Source: an uncultured Lentimicrobiaceae bacterium
GTDB taxonomy: Bacteria; Bacteroidota; Bacteroidia; Bacteroidales; JAGONC01
DNA length: 64,000 nt
Assembly: GCA_964628285.1 (NCBI GenBank)
Contig: CAZVNP010000001.1
Coordinates: 7,456-71,455, forward strand
Reading direction: 5' to 3'
A model generated the notes under the pieces. It was not told the DNA's origin, did not search any database, and saw only the letters and a program-made list of their open reading frames with translations. Each line of letters begins with the position of its first letter. The stretch's first letter is position 1. Positions 58,288-64,000 of this stretch are shown here, piece by piece. The position numbers and the translations under genes were made by a program.

Positions 58288-59955
58288 TTAAATGGTTACT
58301 TTGTTTTTTCTCCCAAAAAGAAAAAAAGAATAAAAAAAGGCAAAAAAAGTAACGCCGTCCTGGCTCTTCAGAGTATCGTCAGTCAGCATTGAGACCAATG
58401 ACAGGATGAGGAAGATCAGAAAAAAATAATCTCGAAACCCATTGGTTCGTATGGCCGGATAGATGATGGCCAGAAGAAACCAGCCTAATCCGACCACACC
58501 AAACAGCACCAGGATATTCAAAAATTGATTATGAGAGCTGAACAATCCTTCCTTAGCGTTTTGCAGGGGTGAGTGCATCAAGGTGAGTTCATTTTTAAAG
58601 CTCATCTTGAGGTCACCTGTCCCGACCCCAATCAGAGGATGTTTTCGTATCAGTCTGACAGCTGTTTTCCAGAGTTCAAGCCGTTCCAGTGATGAATAAC
58701 CAACAACGGACTCATTTTTTTTATAAGCCTGCCATGCCATAACCGATTCGCTGACGAGTGTTCTGGGATGCCACCTTTTCAGGTAGTTGATATTGGCTAT
58801 TCCCTCTTCAATGAACCGGATCTCTTTATTGGTAAGCTTTTTCACGCCATCGGCATCCTTGCGATAGCCCTTGGATGCCAGGTAACGGATGATGGTGTAC
58901 CTGATCATCTGCCCCTTTCTATCGGTGCTGTCGAATTTGATAGTGCTCCGCTGGTTCCATGATGCTCTTAGCTCGGGAAGACAAATATATAGGCCGACAT
59001 AGTGGCCGTCTTCAACACTCAGAGTGGTGTCGAAGGTATAGGGGTTCCCACGGGGAGTGAATTGATCGAGTTTTTTCAGATCGACGGGTTTTGTGTGCAG
59101 GTAATGCTCCGCTTCAATGCCGAAATAGGTAACGAGAGCTATGGGTAATATGATGCCTGCCGTAAGAAATGCATATTTGACGGATTGCTTCCGCAGCTTG
59201 AGCACATACAGAAAGAAAAGAAAAGGCCATGTGATAAAAAAAGCCATTATCCCTGTCCGCGCTCTGAGGATGAATAAGAATGCCCCTATCCAGACCAACA
59301 GGATGATAAAGGGGATCTTCTTCAGCCAAGGTCTGTGCTCTTCATAATAGATAAAATACCACAGAGTAAAAAAAGCCAGGCATACATTCAGGCTGAGACG
59401 GATGTGTGAAATGAACGGACTCAGATCCCTCGTGTCGGTAATGGGTTTGGTAAACCACAGATAGGTGCTGTAAAAAGAGCTTACCGTTACGGCAGTGATA
59501 AAAATCAACATCAGTGCCCTGAATTCTTTTTTATTCACTTCTTCGCTTGTCGAGATGAACAAGGGTAATAAAAATAACGGCAGTTTGGTCCGAAGATCCT
59601 TGAAAGCATAGTGGAAATCAGTGGTATAAGCTAATCCGATGACGAACATCAGCATGATGGAACTGAACAACAACGCCTGCCGGTGCCGGAAAAAAACACC
59701 AAATTTCCTGATTATATTCCGGAACATTTCCTTCAAAAATTCGGGCAGGAGTATTAAAAAGCGTGTCGGCAATGATTTTCCCCTGAATTTACCGGTCACC
59801 GTATCCATGTTCATCCCATCAAGGAGGAAAAAACCTGTGAGAACAAACTGGGCAACACTCATGAAATACCTTGACAGAGGTATGGCAGCGATCATCAGCG
59901 CCATGCCGAAATAGAAGATAAACCGGGTGAATGGAATTTTTTTAGGAGGAATCAT
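58288..59955 (-). CDS. O-antigen ligase (Wzy_C) family membrane protein
   Basis: 555 aa with at least 10 TM helices. It has a periplasmic loop and the segment ERLELWKTAVRLIRKHPLIGVGTGD. Confidence 0.72.
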   Translation of the reverse strand: MIPPKKIPFTRFIFYFGMALMIAAIPLSRYFMSVAQFVLTGFFLLDGMNMDTVTGKFRGKSLPTRFLILLPEFLKEMFRNIIRKFGVFFRHRQALLFSSIMLMFVIGLAYTTDFHYAFKDLRTKLPLFLLPLFISTSEEVNKKEFRALMLIFITAVTVSSFYSTYLWFTKPITDTRDLSPFISHIRLSLNVCLAFFTLWYFIYYEEHRPWLKKIPFIILLVWIGAFLFILRARTGIMAFFITWPFLFFLYVLKLRKQSVKYAFLTAGIILPIALVTYFGIEAEHYLHTKPVDLKKLDQFTPRGNPYTFDTTLSVEDGHYVGLYICLPELRASWNQRSTIKFDSTDRKGQMIRYTIIRYLASKGYRKDADGVKKLTNKEIRFIEEGIANINYLKRWHPRTLVSESVMAWQAYKKNESVVGYSSLERLELWKTAVRLIRKHPLIGVGTGDLKMSFKNELTLMHSPLQNAKEGLFSSHNQFLNILVLFGVVGLGWFLLAIIYPAIRTNGFRDYFFLIFLILSLVSMLTDDTLKSQDGVTFFAFFYSFFLFGRKNKVTI

Positions 59956-60007
59956 CAGGAGAATCTACGAATTAAAAAATAATGGTGTTCATAGGAAAGA
60001 GGTTCTT

Positions 60008-61702
60008 TTAACCTTTTTCTTTCTTACCCTGTCCGGATTTATTTGTGCCATCGAGGATGGCTTCGTATGACTTATGGTCTGTCAGGACTTTTATAGCCTG
60101 ATCGATCTCTGGATCGTCCGAAAGAGAGGATATGATTTGTCCCTCATCATAATAATAACGTGTTACAATTTCCTGTTTCAATAATGTTTTGATCTCATCA
60201 CTGTATTTTTGAAGATCATCCTTTTTTTCATTGTCAATTTCATTTTTCAATGAGGCAAAGGCATCCTTCAGGTCAGGATAGAAATCATCACTTTTGGCTG
60301 CCTTTTCCATGTCCTTCAGTTTTTTCTCAGTGGCCGAGGTGTAAGTGAAGTCCTTATTTTTAATAAAGGCAATAAAGTCATTGTAAAGCGTATCCGTCAC
60401 AATAAACTGGTCAGGCCCCGGGATGCTGGGATGCGACCAGAAATATTTGGTGGCATAGTCGAAGATCAGGAATTTTGTTGACAGGGTGAAGGCGATATTT
60501 GAATATCTCAGCGGAGGCAGCGGGATATCGGGTTCAATGCCACCGCGGTCATACACCGTACGCCCATTATGAGTTTTAAAGGCCCGTGCCAGTGAGTCGG
60601 GTATTTTTTCGCCTTCACCGTTTTGATCTTTATGTGTATAATCAATGGCCTGTATACACCTTCCGCTGGGGATATAATACTTGGCTACGGTTATTTTTAC
60701 CTTGTTGTTATAAGGCAGGGGGAAAACGTTCTGAACAAGACCTTTACCAAATGTACGCTGACCGACGATGACACCTCTGTCGAGGTCCTGCATGGCGCCG
60801 GCGACAATTTCGGATGCGGAAGCGCTCATGCCGTTAACAAGTATAACCAGCGGGATATGGTCATCGACGGGAGGTTCTGTGGTCGTATATGTTTTGTTTC
60901 TGTCGGGTAACCGGCCTTTTGTGCTGACAACAGGTTCGCCTTTATCAAGGAAAAGGTTGGCGATGTTGACGGCTTCCTGAAGTAACCCGCCACCATTATT
61001 GCGCAGATCGATGATCACCCCCGACAGGTCGTGTTTATCTTTCAGGTCTGTCAATGCTTTCCTGACTTCCTTCCCGGCGTTCTGGGTGAAGCCTGACAAT
61101 TTTATGTAGCCGACACCGTCGTGCAGCACACCATAATAAGGGATATTGGGAACGGTAATTTCTTCGCGGATGACAGTTTTACGGATGGGCTCTTCAATAC
61201 CGTAACGCCCGATCAACATGTCGATGGAGGTTCCCGGCTGCCCTTTGAGAATCTCACTGACCTCCTCAGTGGTCTTATCTTTTGCTGATTTGCCATTTAT
61301 TTCCAGGATCTGATCACCGGCTTTCAATCCGGCTTTGTCGGCCGGGGCATTTTCATAGGGCTCGGAAATGACCACATAATCACCTTCCTTGTGTATGAGC
61401 GCTCCTATGCCACCATACTGTCCGGTGGTAATAAAAGTGTAATCCTCCACGTCCGCCTCCGGGATGAAATTGGTATAGGGATCGAGCGACTCAAGCATCG
61501 AATCGATACCTGTCTCCATTAATTTACCGGCATCGATATCATCGACATAATTGATGTTCAGTTCCTTAAACAGAGATGTAAAAATGTCCAGGTTTTTTGA
61601 GATCTCGAAATCGTTGTTAGTCTGGCCCTGACCTGTCAGGGGCAGCAAGGGAAAAACCAGGATAAAAAGAATGAATAATCGGAATGCCACTTTGTTTTTC
61701 AT
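60008..61702 (-). CDS. S41-family carboxyl-terminal processing peptidase with PDZ domain
   Basis: Signal peptide and a PDZ segment (AGLKAGDQILEINGK). Catalytic Ser in NGMSASASEIVAG and catalytic Lys in RTFGKG. Confidence 0.92.
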   Translation of the reverse strand: MKNKVAFRLFILFILVFPLLPLTGQGQTNNDFEISKNLDIFTSLFKELNINYVDDIDAGKLMETGIDSMLESLDPYTNFIPEADVEDYTFITTGQYGGIGALIHKEGDYVVISEPYENAPADKAGLKAGDQILEINGKSAKDKTTEEVSEILKGQPGTSIDMLIGRYGIEEPIRKTVIREEITVPNIPYYGVLHDGVGYIKLSGFTQNAGKEVRKALTDLKDKHDLSGVIIDLRNNGGGLLQEAVNIANLFLDKGEPVVSTKGRLPDRNKTYTTTEPPVDDHIPLVILVNGMSASASEIVAGAMQDLDRGVIVGQRTFGKGLVQNVFPLPYNNKVKITVAKYYIPSGRCIQAIDYTHKDQNGEGEKIPDSLARAFKTHNGRTVYDRGGIEPDIPLPPLRYSNIAFTLSTKFLIFDYATKYFWSHPSIPGPDQFIVTDTLYNDFIAFIKNKDFTYTSATEKKLKDMEKAAKSDDFYPDLKDAFASLKNEIDNEKKDDLQKYSDEIKTLLKQEIVTRYYYDEGQIISSLSDDPEIDQAIKVLTDHKSYEAILDGTNKSGQGKKEKG

Positions 61703-61743
61703 ATGATTACAATTAGATTAACACACCCATGACCTGTCATCAA

Positions 61744-61971
61744 TTAAGGTACAGGATCATAACCGCTGCCTCCCCATGGGTTGCAAGAGACAATGCGTTT
61801 AATGGTCAACCATCCTCCCTTGAACGGGCCATACTTTTTTAAGGCTTCAATGCCATAAGCCGAGCATGTCGGCGTGTACCGGCACGACGGCGGCATCAGG
61901 GGCGAAATAGTAACCTGGTAAATACGGATGAGCAATATTAAGAATTTACCCAGCAGATCTTTCATATTCAC
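61744..61971 (-). CDS. yidD: Membrane protein insertion efficiency factor YidD
   Basis: [31 protein letters not shown]. Confidence 0.93.
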   Translation of the reverse strand: MNMKDLLGKFLILLIRIYQVTISPLMPPSCRYTPTCSAYGIEALKKYGPFKGGWLTIKRIVSCNPWGGSGYDPVP

Positions 61972-62335
61972 TGACTAAACGACGTAAAATTACAATTATT
62001 ATTGGTTCAATCTCTTTGTACGACACCTTCTTATCTGCAACATAAACAAGGGAGAGCGCACATTGTTTTCCCATTTTTTGCAGCGTGTCGTAAATAATAG
62101 TTTTGTTTTGTCTGTAAGCTTCACGGATCATTCTTTTGACGGTATTGCGGTCGACGGCCTTACGCAAGGTTCGTCTGTTGACCGCGATGAGTACCTGGGC
62201 AGGATAAGCACTCGGGAGTGAAGTGAAAAGCCAGTTCACTCTCAGTGGATATATAGTAAAAGTTGACCCTTTTTTAGACAGTTGGATAATTATGGAGCGG
62301 TCACATAATCTTTCTTCTTTTCCTAAGGATGGCAT
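61946..62335 (-). CDS. rnpA: Ribonuclease P protein component
   Basis: KEERL..YPLRV and the RNR-like segment [16 protein letters not shown]. It overlaps yidD by 26 nt. Confidence 0.9.
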   Translation of the reverse strand: MPSLGKEERLCDRSIIIQLSKKGSTFTIYPLRVNWLFTSLPSAYPAQVLIAVNRRTLRKAVDRNTVKRMIREAYRQNKTIIYDTLQKMGKQCALSLVYVADKKVSYKEIEPIIIVILRRLVSEYERSAG

Positions 62336-62359
62336 GGATGGTATGCTTACCAGATGGAG

Positions 62360-63121
62360 CTAAATCCGGCTGCTTTTTCTGTTGTTCTTGGTCAGATACT
62401 CCTCGATGGCCATGGTCATCGAGGGTGCCGTTTTAGTCGGTGCATTGATATTTACCGTGAGCCCTGCATCCTGAACGGCCTTGGTTGTCGTCGGCCCAAA
62501 AGCACCGATCAGTTTATCCCCCTGTTTAAACCCAGGAAAATTCTTGAAAAGTGATTTGATACCCGACGGATTGAAAAACACAAGCATATCGTATTTGTCA
62601 ATATCAAAATCGGACAGATCGCAGGCAATGGTTTTATAAAAAACCGCTTTGGTGAAATTGATGTTGTTTTGTTCCAGTAACCGCGTGAAATTTAATTTAT
62701 GTATATCGGAGCAAGGCAAGAGGAACTTTTCATCCTTGTGTTTTTTGATGAGATCGATTAATTCATTGAACCGTTGGCGGCCGTAAAAAATCTTTCGCTT
62801 GCGGTATTGCACGTATTTCTGTAAATAAAAAGCCGTGACTTCCGAAATACAGAAATATTTCATGGTATCGGGAATCTCAATGCGTAACTCTTTTGCCATC
62901 CTAAAAAAATGATCCACGGCATTCCTGCTGGTGAGTATGACCGCCGTATGATCCAGTATCTGTACCTTGGATTTCCTGAATTCTTTTGCTGTCAAGCCCT
63001 CAACGGAGATGAAATTTTGAAAATCAATGTTGACGTTGAGTTTTTTCGAAAGCTGAAGATATGGAGACTTTTCAGCTTCGCTCGGTTGAGGTTGCGAAAT
63101 AAGAATGCTCTTGATCTTCAA
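62360..63121 (-). CDS. hemD: Uroporphyrinogen-III synthase family protein
   Basis: 253 aa with the Bacteroidota HemD-like pattern (ILISQPQP..SPY..L.., ILDHTAVILTSRNAVDHFF). Its conserved position upstream of rnpA also fits. Confidence 0.78.
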   Translation of the reverse strand: MKIKSILISQPQPSEAEKSPYLQLSKKLNVNIDFQNFISVEGLTAKEFRKSKVQILDHTAVILTSRNAVDHFFRMAKELRIEIPDTMKYFCISEVTAFYLQKYVQYRKRKIFYGRQRFNELIDLIKKHKDEKFLLPCSDIHKLNFTRLLEQNNINFTKAVFYKTIACDLSDFDIDKYDMLVFFNPSGIKSLFKNFPGFKQGDKLIGAFGPTTTKAVQDAGLTVNINAPTKTAPSMTMAIEEYLTKNNRKSSRI

Positions 63122-63183
63122 TGGTGTAATTTTTAAAGAGATGAGTGATGTGGCATGGTTTGTTCAAATTATTAATAATCATC

Positions 63184-63942
63184 TTAGCTTACTAATAATT
63201 TAACAACGACAACTACAGGTAAAACTTCGACGGTGCAAAGGTATAAAAATAAATAGAACAATGAAAATCCCGAGTAGTTCAATCCGATGACAAAACCTCT
63301 TAACAATTTGTAAATGAATGTAATAGAGATAATAATCAGGGATAAATAAATCAACATATCTGATCCGGTATAGGTGATAAAGATAAGAAATGGCAATAAA
63401 ACCACACCCAGAGTGAGGTCAAATATCAATGAATTCAATACATATCTGGAGGTCGCTTCCCGTGTCAGGAAGATGGCTTTGATCAGCTGAATGAGTAAAA
63501 ATTTAATGAGGATGAATCCGGTCAGGGCAAGCACTATTTTGATAAACAGGAAGAAACCGTTTCCCAATGACAGTCCGATGATGAATTTATTGATCAGGAA
63601 AAGAAAAAGAGAAAATGCCATGACAAAGATAAATCCCAGTGCCAGTGTGATCTGTTCATTAAAAAGACGGCCATCCCTGATCAGAAAATGGACTCTTTTC
63701 TCTGAGAAGACGGATTGAAAAATCTGGATGAATCTTTTTCGGTAGTATACCTGAACCCATGTGAATAAGATGACGCACACAAAGAGCAGGAGGAATGTCC
63801 AATCGTTGCCGGTTTGTTCCCGAGCAATGGGTTGAAACTTCCCGGGCTTCAGCTCATGCGACATGAAAACCGGCGATTGTGATAGTTTTAATGTGTGGCC
63901 CTGGTTTGACAGCGGAAAAACCGAGAGAACCGAATCATACAA
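63184..63942 (-). CDS. DUF4271-like polytopic membrane protein
   Basis: About 6 TM helices, in the family-typical position upstream of hemD. The N-terminus may extend toward the window edge. Confidence 0.65.
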   Translation of the reverse strand: MYDSVLSVFPLSNQGHTLKLSQSPVFMSHELKPGKFQPIAREQTGNDWTFLLLFVCVILFTWVQVYYRKRFIQIFQSVFSEKRVHFLIRDGRLFNEQITLALGFIFVMAFSLFLFLINKFIIGLSLGNGFFLFIKIVLALTGFILIKFLLIQLIKAIFLTREATSRYVLNSLIFDLTLGVVLLPFLIFITYTGSDMLIYLSLIIISITFIYKLLRGFVIGLNYSGFSLFYLFLYLCTVEVLPVVVVVKLLVS

Positions 63943-64000
63943 CAGGATTGACGAATCCTGTGCAATAAAACCGGGATTTCCTGAGATAATGACTGTCCCG

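Noticed and set aside
1-64000. Window-wide search for CRISPR arrays, tRNA or rRNA genes, integrases, transposases, phage genes, toxin-antitoxin pairs or restriction-modification genes
   Set aside because: I found no regularly spaced repeats, no RNA gene signatures and no mobile-element or defence hallmark proteins. The longest non-coding gaps (6349-6651, 18775-19246, 25844-26145) are explained as regulatory regions or gene relics.

Overview
This is a chromosomal segment of a Bacteroidota-type genome. The assignment rests on T9SS C-terminal sorting domains, a PorV/PorQ-like barrel, a CarboxypepD_reg-type TonB-dependent receptor, an S46 peptidase, exact TAnnTTTG -7 promoter boxes and the DUF4271-hemD-rnpA-yidD-ctp arrangement. 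About 52 protein-coding genes are densely packed on both strands. Most are housekeeping: ahcY, greA, purF, mutAB, ridA, asnA, radA, panCD, cdd, rnpA/yidD, hemD, peptidases of families M14/S46/M28/S41, and envelope genes (LptD-like, OstA-like, MlaD, amidase). I saw no rRNA, tRNA, CRISPR array, integrase, transposase or prophage signal. The most unusual block is 2.3-15.9 kb. It holds a propeller-type LytS kinase and a LytTR regulator, followed by a 1233-aa TonB-dependent barrel, a 1445-aa T9SS-sorted protein with no domain I can name, and a dedicated PorV/PorQ-like barrel. There is no SusD-like partner, so this is my best candidate for an undescribed outer-membrane system. Other points worth a second look are listed here.
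- A tightly coupled oxidoreductase-DUF72-Ub/Mut7-C RNase operon.
- An MCE-SPOR fusion protein.
- A small secreted protein whose 15-aa peptide repeat is conserved despite 12 synonymous changes.
- A 31-nt palindromic element present twice in opposite orientation.
- Two gene relics: a collapsed yfcH-like gene and a possible zwf 3' end.
- Candidate operator repeats.
All functional calls come from motif recognition by eye. No database search was run.
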